From Psammoneis japonica (taxonomy: Eukaryota): DNA of 64,000 nucleotides. Shown one piece after another: positions 1 to 11,564 of this stretch (its first letter is position 1; every line of letters starts with the position of its first letter). Under the pieces are notes generated by a model. It was given only the letters and a program-made list of their open reading frames with translations. It did not search any database and was not told where the DNA came from. The position numbers and the translations under genes were made by a program. Location: assembly GCA_008632985.1 (NCBI GenBank), contig QPGO01000175.1, positions 62,001 to 126,000 of the forward strand, given 5' to 3'.

Positions 1-290
1 GCACCTTTCTTTTCATCTGAGACTTTTCACTTGACTTGTTTTGGCCATGGCCTGAACGAGCACCGCCGGGGACTGACGCCGTTCTTCAACAACGATAGCG
101 ACGGCGCGATTGACATTAGAGCAAGAATACACATCGTAAGTATACAGAATATACCAGAAGTTATTGATAGACCGGATGGGTGACGAGAATATCCCGCTGC
201 AACGCCATTTTCGACGCGTCAGCAGATTGAGTTTTCTCTTCTCTCTAACGGTACTTTTCTGCTTTGTTCGAATTGCAATTGTGGTAGGAG

Positions 291-1250
291 ATGTCTTGTC
301 GTCACGTTGTTTTGTTAAAGAGAAGAATAGCTCCTCGTTGTGGGACTTTTGCCCGACGATGTCTGTCTACTGCTAAGGACAGTAGTCCATCAAACGATGA
401 TACGGAATTGTTGGTGGTTGAGTCAGCCTTGAAACAGGTGCCCGAGTATGGCTGGACCAACGATGCAATTGCCGCTGGCGTCTTGGAAGCAAAATTGCCA
501 CCTACACTGGCAGGATTGGTGTCTCCTGAAGCTCTTGTGGCACACGTGATGGAGAGTGGTAATGCTCATTTACGATCCGAACTGGAGCGAAAAAAGGAGG
601 TATGGAGCAAAGAAGAAGCGGCGACGATTTCCATTCGCTCTCGCCTTGTCGAATGTTTAAAAACAAGACTGGAATATATATTTCCCTACATTGAGGCTCA
701 GAGGTGGCATCAAGCCATGGCTCTAGGCGCCATGCCTCCCAACAATGTAACTCTGACGGCGAAACAGTTGAATGAGTTAGTAACGATGATTTCGGAGGCC
801 ATTCTTGTGGGGACAACTCACGCTCCTCTTGGACCGTTGGAGCAAACCGCCATTGGAGCTGTCTACGCGTCAACAGAGTTATTTCTCTTGACAGATAAAA
901 GCCAAGATTATGCAGACTCGTGGGAATTTTTGGAAGACCGCGTGAGAGAACTAGATGTGCTTGCATCCAGCAACATTCTAACTTCACCACAGTCTCTCGT
1001 GAATGGTGATACAGCTGTTGCAATGTCTGCAGTAGCCATGTCGTTGGGTGGAGCTGTGCTGAGCTTGGTACAGCCTACAGCGAAAGGAGCGGCCGCTTTT
1101 ATTCCCGGTAATCCAGTGACGCAGTTCGCCAACAGCATGTTTTCATCTACCATAAACGATACAGCACCCGCCGGCACGAGTCCGAGTGACTACGAAGCTA
1201 CTACACCAGACACAAAAGATCTTCCGCCCTTCCCGAGTGACATCAAATAG
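291..1250 (+). CDS. COQ9: Ubiquinone biosynthesis protein COQ9-like, mitochondrial
   Basis: 319-aa ORF with an Arg-rich mitochondrial-type N-terminus. Motifs SALKQVPEYGWTNDAI, LKTRLEYI, WHQAMAL and GAVYASTELFLLTDKSQDYADSWEFLEDRV are typical of COQ9. Confidence 0.85.
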   Translation: MSCRHVVLLKRRIAPRCGTFARRCLSTAKDSSPSNDDTELLVVESALKQVPEYGWTNDAIAAGVLEAKLPPTLAGLVSPEALVAHVMESGNAHLRSELERKKEVWSKEEAATISIRSRLVECLKTRLEYIFPYIEAQRWHQAMALGAMPPNNVTLTAKQLNELVTMISEAILVGTTHAPLGPLEQTAIGAVYASTELFLLTDKSQDYADSWEFLEDRVRELDVLASSNILTSPQSLVNGDTAVAMSAVAMSLGGAVLSLVQPTAKGAAAFIPGNPVTQFANSMFSSTINDTAPAGTSPSDYEATTPDTKDLPPFPSDIK

Positions 1251-1350
1251 CTATAGGATGAAAATTGCAAGGTAATAAGAGAGCCTGTCTCTGCCATGAT
1301 TCTACAATACTTTTATTTATCATTATCCTCTACTACTGGAGAGAGACAAG

Positions 1351-2583
1351 CTAAGCCAGCATGGGTGTCTGTTTTCCCATGTAGTCTCTAGTTTGACTGA
1401 CCTTCACTGCCCATTCCCCAAAGCGAGTGGACAAGCTTGATAGTTGAGCATTGTCGAGAACCCTCGGCATGACCCACGTGACTTGCACTGTTTCGTCCAC
1501 TTGGTCCATACTTCCCTGAATCAATCCCAAGCTTAGAGCCCTCATGATAACCAACTCGACCTGATCCTTGGGTATGTGGATGCGCTCCGCTACATCCTCA
1601 AAGGACAGAGTCCGGTCAGAACTAGGTCGCTCAAACACCATATTGACCAAGGCCAGAAGGGTAATTTTTTCTTGCAAAAAAGAGGCCCGATTGGAGAGAG
1701 CGGGCTGCTGTGCAATTTCAGAAGCGTGCTTCTCCGAAATGGCCTGAAACTGCAGCACGTCTCCCTTGGCACTGGCGTGCATAAGTTCCATGAGCCAAGC
1801 GTTCGGAGTGTTTTCCAACTCCTTGAGAATTGGCGTCGTGACGACTTGGCCAAAGTTGTAGACACCGTCTCCCGTTAAGGCTGCCAAACTGAGATTGGTA
1901 GCCAACTGGAATCGCTCTTGTTGTGAGAGCGTGTCGAGAGCCGTGTAGTTCAAGTAACTGAGCGCTTCGTGATAATACGCTTCCGGTGGACCAACCGCCT
2001 TGTAGTATACCATGGCGCACTCATAATGAGCCGAGTGAACAACCCTCGTGTCTTGCACAGGGTCCTGCAACTCTTTGAGACTCTTGCTGTTGCTCTGGAT
2101 GGTTTTCTTGATTTGCTGCAAAGCGTCGTCGTCCGTAGTCCCACTCGCCTCCATAAGTTTGAGCAACAAGAGCGACAATTTGGATTCCGTATAGAGTGTG
2201 GCTGCTGGACCGAGCCGTTTCTTGTCCTGTAACAAATTCTCGAGAACTGCCTTTGCAGCAGTGCCGTCTTGGTTGGAAACAAAAAACGAAACTTGACTCG
2301 CAATTCGAGAGAGCTCCAACGGATTCAACTTCTTGTCTACAGACAGAACAACCTTATCGTACAACGCCAAGTAAGAATTTGTGCCCTCGGCTGTACTGCG
2401 TAAGGTCCTCTCCGGTGTCGACACAAAGGCCATAAGCTTGAGAGTCAACTGATGCCACAGCTTATCGGACACCAACGAACGGATCTTGTCGTAGTCATCG
2501 GCCAAATCGGGGTGCAGCTTCGCCATGGACTCGCAGTGCTCAGTCGCATCGCTCGTAGCGTCGACAAACATATTGGCGCTCAC
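1351..2583 (-). CDS. RPN9: 26S proteasome lid subunit RPN9/PSMD13
   Basis: KLWHQLT, GDGVYNFGQVVTTPIL, and a PCI domain (EKITLLALVNMVF...RTLSFEDVA...VELVIMRALSLGLIQGSMDQVDETVQVTWVMPRVL). Confidence 0.95.
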   Translation of the reverse strand: MSANMFVDATSDATEHCESMAKLHPDLADDYDKIRSLVSDKLWHQLTLKLMAFVSTPERTLRSTAEGTNSYLALYDKVVLSVDKKLNPLELSRIASQVSFFVSNQDGTAAKAVLENLLQDKKRLGPAATLYTESKLSLLLLKLMEASGTTDDDALQQIKKTIQSNSKSLKELQDPVQDTRVVHSAHYECAMVYYKAVGPPEAYYHEALSYLNYTALDTLSQQERFQLATNLSLAALTGDGVYNFGQVVTTPILKELENTPNAWLMELMHASAKGDVLQFQAISEKHASEIAQQPALSNRASFLQEKITLLALVNMVFERPSSDRTLSFEDVAERIHIPKDQVELVIMRALSLGLIQGSMDQVDETVQVTWVMPRVLDNAQLSSLSTRFGEWAVKVSQTRDYMGKQTPMLA

Positions 2584-2789
2584 GGTAGTGTAGCAGTGTT
2601 ATGCTGTGAAGCAGAGACGCAAAAAGCTTCTGGTGATCATTGTTGGATCGGCGCAACACGCCACGATATCGAAGCACGACGAACGAAAAAGATCTGTCTG
2701 TACGTCAGCATAACGCACACGTACGGTACGATTCCACCGACTTGTTCAAATCCTTTTAGCCTTCGCCATCCACCGTCGCTGTAGGGCCC

Positions 2790-3640
2790 TACACCCACCA
2801 CAGCATCCAAGTCATCCAAGCCATGCCTCCTTCTCTTGAATGGCATCTCCTGGACCTTGTTTTTTCCTCCAACCTCCTGCCATGATCAATCCAGCCCCTC
2901 TTGGCTGCCAGCTGAGGATGCTTCTCCTCCTTGCTGCCGACAAGGCTGCTTCCTTTGCAAAGAGGACCTTTTCCACCCTGCAGCTCAACTTGCCAATGAA
3001 CAAACTCAAAGTGTGCTCTTGTGCTTTTGCTGATGTTCCACCCCAGCTATCACCCACCTTCTCTCTGCTGAGGACATTTGCTGCAACTTCTCATGCTTTC
3101 AAGGCCCATCAAATCTCTTCCACTGGGCCTCACCTTTTGCCAAGAACACCCCCGTTGGTCACTCCCTCTGCTTCCTTTCACCCCCCCCCCCCCCCCCCAA
3201 TCACTGCCCAGCTCATCGCTTGCCTCCCTTGGCAGCATTGGCTGTCAGAACACCTCTGCAACATCTGTCCCATCCTTCTTTGTCTCACGCACTCACTCTG
3301 TCAGCGGGTTGGCCAAGCATGGTGGTGTGTGCCCCAAGCTGGCAACCAACACTTTCTCCTCCCACCCAGGTGCTCTGCTTTACTCACCTCTTGGTTCACC
3401 CCCCACCCCTCCCTCCACCTCTGCTCCACCCTCTCTGCAATGTTGCTCCCTTGTTCCTTTTCCAGCTTGCTGGCACTCCTGCTTTTGCACAAATCTGTTC
3501 CCGCTGCTGCAGCTGACCAAACCCACTTCAAGGTCTGCCCAGCACATCTGTTTCCATCACAACAAGTGTGATGTTCCATCTTTCCTTTATGGCCATCCAA
3601 ATCTTCAGCACGCCCCACTTTCCCATGTTGCTGGCATTGT
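2790..3640 (+). mobile_element. Degenerate fragment of a CRE-like non-LTR retrotransposon (post-RT region)
   Basis: CT-rich and TA/CG-depleted. Translated remnants QLANEQTQSVLLCFC and GSIGCQNTSATSVPSFFVS match LHDKQTQARLL and the GGLG-like segment of the more complete copies at 19-22.4 kb and 43-45.4 kb. Confidence 0.6.
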
Positions 3641-6130
3641 TTCAGTGTCCACGACAATCAGCCAACTGACAAAGCACAAGTTCTTGCAGACACACTCGTT
3701 GTTTCTTTGAGCTCCAGCAATTTTGTTGGAAAAGGTTGAAGCCCACTGCATGGCACCATGCAAGCAAAGAATTCACACAAAAACAATGCTTTGATGCCAG
3801 TTGCAAAGCACATCAACAAAAGCAGGGGGGCAGCCAAGAGGGTTCTTGTTGGCAGCAGCATGGAGCAGTGCCACACCAAATTCCAAACTCTTCAAGTTCT
3901 TGTTGCTCTGTTTGATGCAGCAGCAGTGCAACACCTGTTGCCTGATGCACGCGGCATTGGGCATGAAAATGCACATCCATGAGCAATGTGGAATGTGGAG
4001 AAGATGATGATGGAGCTTGTTTGGTGGCAGATGTTTCTGCATCTGTGCAGCTGCCATTGGATGACCTTGGTGGCAGTTTCTGCATTTTGCGTGGCTGCCA
4101 TAAAGTGCACACAGGAACTGGCAAACAATTTTGAAAGCACCAAATTCCTGCAAAAGTTTTGCACACCAACCCACAGTGCTTTTTTCACAAAACAACATGC
4201 AAAAATGACATTGATTGAGAAATTTGGCAATGGTCATGACTCATCAAACAAAATCTCTGAGAAAGCTTTTTCTTTTGCACTCAACCTCATTGCAACTCAT
4301 TGTCTCACACAATGTCACACTTGTTGTTTTCCAAGCCTGAAGCCATGATTGCCAAGGATGGCTCATCCTTCTTCTCTGCAACAGATGGCTTGCTTTTGTT
4401 TGTCACTCCACAACTGATTGCACTTGAAGGCACATTGTCTCCAGGTGGCACAGGTGTTGCCAGTCATGTCCAGAGGCCCGTGACACACCAAACTGAAAGT
4501 GGTCTGATGGAGAGTCACACAATGTCATGCCCAAACCGGTTTCTGGTTCCAGTGGATGTCACAATTGCTCAACGCCAATCTAGAGCTGCTTCTGATGTTG
4601 GCATCACAATTGAGTTCTTGTCAATTGCACCAACCCATTTCAAGGTGGTTGACACTCAAGTGGTGGAAAGCCCTCACTTGTGTCCCAACCACATTCACCT
4701 GAAGCTGCAATCGTCTCCTTGTTTTCTTGCTCCAAGCCAACTTGCACTTTAGCACCAAGCTGTCACAGAACACTCTGGGGCTGGCCAGAGCAGCAGAAAC
4801 CTGGTCCACTTCACTGCCCTTTGCAACACATGCATCATCCCAGCACCAGCTCATGCCTCATGTGCCACCATGATGGAAAAAGAAGCAGTGCACAAACCAG
4901 CTGTGATGGGACTTGAAGCCACCTTGTTTCTGACTCACACCTGCTGGCAGCGACAAAAGCAAAGCTGGCCATGCAGCACATCACATGGTTGAACGCCTCT
5001 TGGTCAATGTTCAAAAGAGAACAGCCCTGGTGCTGCCAGAATGATTGCAGCTGTGCACTGCAAAAGTGAAAGCAGCAAGTCTTCAACAAGGCACACTTGC
5101 GCATGCTGACTTGGCAAAGGTGACTGCCTTGTGACAGGCTTTGTGCAGCAATCTGATGCTCATGGTCCTGCAAGAAGAACTTGCATGTTGTCACAGAACC
5201 AACAAAACTGCCCAAGAAACCCTCATGCAATGAAAAAGTTGCTGTTCCCTGGCAGACGCCTTGCATTTGTTGTTCAGCTGTGCAGCATCTGAGCTCTTGT
5301 GGCTTTTGAATTGGGGCAGCAAGTCTCATGGTGGCTTTCCCTGGTGCACATTGGGCAGTGCAACAGTTGGCATGAGGTGTTTGTCGATGGCTTTGAGGAG
5401 CCCAAAACTTAGATGAAAACACACTGCAAGCCACTGGACTGATGCAGTGTGGCTGGTGTGCAAAGGACAACAGCAAAGTTGGAGAAAGCTGCACAAGGAC
5501 ACAACCTTGCACAGAGTTTGAGCTCCTTTTTCCCACTTGCAGTGCAAGAGGATGCAAAAGCAGGTCAGAAATTGATGATGCACTTGGGTGAGACTCAATC
5601 AATCTTTGTTCAAACTGTCCTCAAATGGACACGGCAATGTAATGCCTCACCTCTGTGGAGCACCATCTTGTTGGCATCTCCTCTCTATTTTGCAGCAACT
5701 TGTTCTTGGGTGCTGACCTTCAAAACCTTGAATGCCCCCCTCATTTTGAGCAATGTGGATGCCCAGCAGCTAAAAGCTTGCACCTTGCTGACTGCCCTTG
5801 CACTTGGTTGATGTGGCACAGATTGCTTTTGCATTAAGAAGTTGCAGATTTTGAAAATCCAGAAAATCCTCAGACACCATCATGTGGGAAGCTGCTTTTG
5901 CACTTTGACCACAACATTGACAACCATGAGGTCAATGTTCCACAAGGTGACACTTCTCCTTCATTGCCACTGAAACTGCAGCAGCAAACAGGTTCAAACC
6001 AAAAAAGGCCCCAGACAAGGTCGTCTCATCATCCCGTTTGAGCAGCAGGCCAAGACACTGTGTTGGGTTTTCAATGCGTTCAAAGCTGCTTCCTTGCAAA
6101 TGACGCAAGATGTGAAGCTCTCAATCAGAC
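3640..6130. mobile_element. Unidentified degenerate repeat/TE DNA (TA- and CG-depleted island 1, distal part)
   Basis: Only ~8 TA seen by eye in 2.5 kb. ORFs are short, Cys/His-rich and Tyr-poor. No recognisable family motif. Confidence 0.45.
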
Positions 6131-6444
6131 TTTAACTTGCTCAACCCCCAAGACCCAAAACGGCAACGCACAAGCCGTGGCTACATACAGTCGCTTAAAA
6201 AAAAAGATCTACTTTTAGAGCCGGCGCCGGCTAACCCGCACTTCCAGCACACTACAGAGTGCAGCAGAAGTGCCACCAGCAGGAAGGCCTTCAAAAGACA
6301 TATGGCACCAACAAAGCATGGCATTCGTTTCGGTCCATATGCAACTCGTACTCCGATTGACTCGGCTATACCCTTCAGAAAGTGGCCAAGACACAGTGCC
6401 AGACTCAATGCAAGACACTGAAAATAGCTTTTAAACAGACTTTC

Positions 6445-7588
6445 TCATGTTTCCCAGGAAAACTCAAGCTCCTCCAGTTTTTCAATGCGTTCTCGGGTCA
6501 AGCTGACCTTTTCTCCTTTGATTCGTTTTCTATAGAGCTGCCGCTGTTTTCGGATCCAGTTCGCAAGCGATGGGTCTTTGGGAACACTTCTACCACTGAC
6601 CGGACCATTAATTCTTACAAATTCCAATAATCTCAGATATTTCTGCATCCAAGCGGCATCATAGGCATTCCAGATGAAATCAATCTTGTTCAATAACTCA
6701 ATGCGTTCTTTTGACAACGAGACTGTTTGGCTTCCACCACCTTTTTTATTTGCTTTGAGAAGCCCATATTGAAGTCGTTGGTTATCCACCCAACGTCCGA
6801 GTGCAGGATTCGAATCGTATGCTTTTGGAACCGAACTGAGATGCATGCACGAGACAATAGTGACAATAGTCAGCTCGACCCAACCCTTAAATGCGGACAC
6901 CAACAACCAAAACAAATACGAGTCTGGCAAACATTACTCACCAATTACCGTGGTTATCTCGATATCTGCAGAGCTCGTTGTAGCGTTCCATCCAAGACGC
7001 TTCGCGTGCATCCCATATGAATTCGAGCTTGTTGAGTTGTTCAAGCCTTTCATCTGTCAAGGAGCATGGCTCACCCGCCATTCGTTTCTGGTAGTTTCGT
7101 CTCTGAAGGTGAACAAACTTTCCAAGAGGAGATACATTTACATTCGGTACAAGCGTATGTCCATGTTCTTTGTAAAACTGTTCGAGTTCTCGGTAATGCT
7201 TGTCCCATGATTGTTCGTGCATATTCCACACAAAACCCACCGAGTCTAGCTGCTTAATCCGGTCTTCCGACATTGAGCCTGATCCCGACGGTGTTTGAGA
7301 GATTCGATACTGCGTCCTTAGGTTATCTACCCAACGACCCAATTTAGGATGAGTTTTCGGCACATGGGCGTGTCCGTTTTCTCTCACAAACTCTCGTAAG
7401 GCATCCATGTAGCTGTTCCATCGAGACTCACGCAAAGTTTCCCGTGTTGTCTTTTCTTCCGCTTGACTGGTCGACAGAAATCGATCAAAGCTGTGGAACT
7501 GCATAAAAATGAGGATATTAATCCCTCTCAACCTCACTGAGGATCTCTGAAACGAGGCAACGGATGCCGAAAGTGCCATCATGGTCAT
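6445..7588 (-). CDS. Helicase-associated (HA) domain repeat protein, spliced; start uncertain
   Basis: Four HA repeats (W...Y..L..F...HGH..VP.....LG.WV..QR......L..ERI..L..LGF.W) in ORFs 6938-7621 and 6445-6930. GT-AG introns near 6840-6940 and 7500-7535. Confidence 0.85.
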
Positions 7589-8154
7589 AGGGGCCTTCCA
7601 ATGGCACTGGAGTCGTCTCAAGGATCAAGTCTGTCGTATTACGTCTTACACATCACGCATCATCCTTAGCGAGGAGTCGGTAAGGCAGTCATCTGACGCG
7701 AGACGACGACTCATTGCGGCTCACATGGCTGATGGGCTGATGGGAGCGGCGAACGGCGGCGGCGGCCCGTGGACAAAGTGCAATTTATTCAGATCTTGAG
7801 AACTGAGCATAAATTCTATTAATTTTGAAATGACCGGAACTCCCTCCGAGAGCGTCCATACGTCGTACGTCATCATTACTGTACGGTAAGCAATAGTGTT
7901 ATTCTCGCGACGCGACCATCGCATGCCATGGCATACAGTATTCATACCTTGCTTTTGAGCTTAGCAACGCCGCCACCAACGCATCACAACAGTACAACAG
8001 TGGCAGAGAGCGTCACAGCGACTAAGACGGCACGCTCATCCAAGATTCGTGTGTTCTTGCACTGTTGTATGTTGTATGATGTGAATAGAAGCAGGGCTGA
8101 TTACGTTTTCGTCTCGAACTAATCGGATCTCGGATTAGGATGGCATGCCTATCA

Positions 8155-10969
8155 TCACGACGGCCGGATGAACATAAGGAAGAGCCCAATCTCTCTAGGG
8201 ATTATATCATACAAACGAATGTATGTTTTCCAAGCTGCTGGTGTGGTTGCGTTCGGAATTGGTTGTTTGTTTGAGTTGAGATTGGTGAAGGGGCATGCTA
8301 CTCGCCATGATGTGGGTCTTTGGGGGACATGACGTACTATGCCATCTGAGAATAGAAGAGCGGCATGTAAAACAAGGACGCTCCGTGTATCATGTACGGT
8401 ATCAAGCGACTGCAAAGGATGTGGAACTGTTTAACAGCAGTCCGACATGATATGCATTTAGTTTTACGGAAGGTATGTCGCGACTTTCTCTAACTAGTGC
8501 TCCACATTGTATCTCAGTCGCTGAACTAAAATTACTCCTTCTTGGTAACAAAAGATATTCGACTATTTTGAACAGCCGGGCCACGCCATTTCGCCGGGGT
8601 TCTGTTTGCGTACACAAGCAATAGAGAGAAAGCGTGAGAAGCAGTCTAGGCGATCCAACCTACAATATCTGTCGCCCAGAGCACTACTTACCCTGCACGA
8701 TAGCCATTCCAATTCAAGTGAGAAGTCTGCCCCGAAATGATTTATCATGGTCCCGAGTGAAAATGAGGCAGTGGCCGATAGCCAAAGAAATAAAAACCAG
8801 AAGTGATCGCGGTAGATGTAAGACGTAACTCGGCTGAGTGTCAATTTCTGGCCACCTAGCTCTTTTCGGTAAAGGAGAGAAAGCAAGGAGATGATAACGA
8901 TGCTGGTGGCAAGGAACGTCCAGCCGTATATGGTCGCCTGCACCCTTCGTTCTGGGCTAATGACGAACGTTGGGTTTAAGTGATCCCCAAGCGAAGCATA
9001 TTGAAGCAATGCAAGGATTCCCATATGCTGGATACGGACAATAATAGTCAGTGTTTCAGATCCAACAGAATCTTCAATATGGTAGAGGTGACGCTGCTGC
9101 CAATTGACTTCCATCAGCTTATTGGTCTTCTCTTGTTGTTGTTGCAAAAGTATCTGTCGACGATCCAACGTGGAACATTTGCTTGCCAATGATTGTTGCT
9201 GTTGAACCCATAATTGTCTGCGGTCAGGCATTGTCGGTCGGGGAATGATTACTGGAAGTGAAGAGGGATGTTCTGGAATACTTTCAGTTTCATCAGATTC
9301 CGAGGTATCAGAATCATCTGTTACTTCTTCAGAATCGCTCATCTCTTGACAACAACTATCTTCCCGAGGCGGATAGCGTTCCCCATTCAATTCAATACTG
9401 TCGTGTTCACTCTTGGCGGATTCTGTATCTGAGCTTGTGTCCTCTGTCGAAAGACAAGAACATACCGAACTATCGCCGTTTATTTCCTTCAAATTACTGA
9501 TCTCGCCATTCTCGGCATCCGACAAGTCGATGCTAAGCATGTCATCATCTTCGTTGGGCAACGAGCTCAACGAAAGGCAAGCATCGAAATCTTCAATTCT
9601 TCGGGTATTCGGGGGCGACGGCGGTTCTGAAATGTTCTCTGCAGCGTCCGCCTCTTCTGCCCAAGCCATGAACGTCTGTGGGCCGGCCCTCCCATTCAAT
9701 TTCATGCTCATCTGCGTTATATCTCGCTGTGATAGACGAAATACTTCTACAAATTCACAATATAGAACGACATAGTCAGACACCCGGTAGAGTGATTAAC
9801 AACATGATATGATAAAGGCGCTTACCTCTAGCTTGAGCAGCAATGTGTCTTCCATTTGCACAGAGCTGATCTGCCACCTCTGTTGGTGCATTCTCGCCTT
9901 TCCACCATCGTCGAAGCGAACCCCACAATATTGCAAGACGATCAACGCCATTGTAATATCTCCACATCAAAGTCAAAATTGTTGTCAGCTCCAGTGAGAT
10001 AAAGACAGCATATCCATCAATATATGGATTGGTCGCAACAAGCACGCGACTGAAGATAACGTCGGGTACCAGATTCATTATGATCCATCTCTTTGGGTTA
10101 AGCGTTGTCAACATTGGAGACATCAATAGAATCTTACAGACAAAACGGAGTGGGGCGTACATGAATGCCCAAAGCACCTGGCCTAGACCGGTAGACGGCA
10201 GTCGATTAAAGATCACGGCCCACGAGCCAACAACAAATGCCGATAAACCATATCCAAACAAAACTCTTACACAGAGGCTGAACTTAGAAGTGAACTCGGT
10301 TTTCTTTGGAGTCAACAAGTAAAGCACTATAAGAGCGATTGGCAGGGCTACGGAGCCTGATACTACCGTGGAGAAAGGTATGGGGAAAACCTTTGGTTGT
10401 CCTGGGGACCACCAAGCCTCGGCAATAAAGGCATCGAAGAGCTTCTGAAAGGCGAGTCCGATCAACACCGATGCAATTCTTGCAAGCACCGGAATGTCCG
10501 CCTCTGGTAGAGCAAAGTTGCAAGTTTCGACCCAAGGAATCAAGCCAAGGAACTCAGAAAGCGTCATGATTCCGTAGATGAACCGCCTGTTTTTGGCAAG
10601 ACCCGCATTGACGGATGCAAGAGGGACGGAAAGAAGTGGCCCAATTGTAACAGCAAGGGAGCCCATTGTCATTACCGTCAGCAGGAGGAGTTGCTGGCGC
10701 CACGAGTGTGATGTTTTGTGTGGTAAATCTGCAACTTCTGAAGCAATATGAGTCAGCGCTCGTGTCGATTGATGGGGCAGTGATGCGACGCCGGCAGCCA
10801 GCTGACCAATTCTGACCTTGCGGTCAGGCTTCGATGAAATGCCATGGTCCGGTGCGGTGCTGTCAATCGGAGTAATCTTTTTGCTACGACCGGAAACTTC
10901 TCTCACTGGATTATATATCTTGTCGACTTCTTCGTCATGGACAATTAGACGCGGGATGAAGCTTCCCAT
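8155..10969 (-). CDS. Multi-pass membrane protein of unknown function, multi-exon; 3' end uncertain
   Basis: 401-aa hydrophobic ORF (9776-10981) followed by a 406-aa ORF with an acidic loop and further TM segments (8563-9783), joined by a probable intron near 9760-9825. Confidence 0.6.
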
Positions 10970-11564
10970 GGCCTCAATCAATCGTCAGCAATAATGGCCG
11001 GAGCGAATGGCTGGAGTGTCGTCGTCGATGATATTTCAAAGGGCCACGTCTTGAGAAGAGAGGATGTTATCGTTACGTGGAAATGGTAGTGGAGAAAGCT
11101 TGGACGAATCGAGTTACAACTCATGGTGGATCGTCTTTTGCGGAAGGTTTTTGTTTTGCGTTTCGTCCGTTTTGTGGCGCGCACAACACGGTACTGTATG
11201 TAGACTTTCCGGTGATGCGAAAATGTCTGATTCGAAACAAAGATTTATATGTAAATAAACTTTTAATATTTACCTGGATGTACTGTAGGTTATTATTTTT
11301 CAGTACAGATATTTGTATGCTGAGAAAAGCAAAAGTGCCATCCCGCCCAGATCTTTTTACCGCCCGGATTCCACACTGTACTGTAGCTAAAGTATATACC
11401 GGTATTCTCTACATTGATTTAAAACAAGGAAATAAACGCTCTGTTATAGCAGTTTAGTGACGGTGCAAAAATGGCATTCTCAGTGTGCTTGCTGCGGGGG
11501 AGCGTCCTCAGCGATGACACGTTGGAATAGCCCTCTACTGATGACACGTTTCGGGCGACGGAAT

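Noticed and set aside
2800..6100. Many overlapping 100-300 aa ORFs in all islands (e.g. 2840-3571, 4835-5602, 44421-45377, 55467-56411, 62953-63621)
   Set aside because: Artefact of TA loss: TAA and TAG stops are erased, so long Cys/His-rich, Tyr-free ORFs appear in all six frames.
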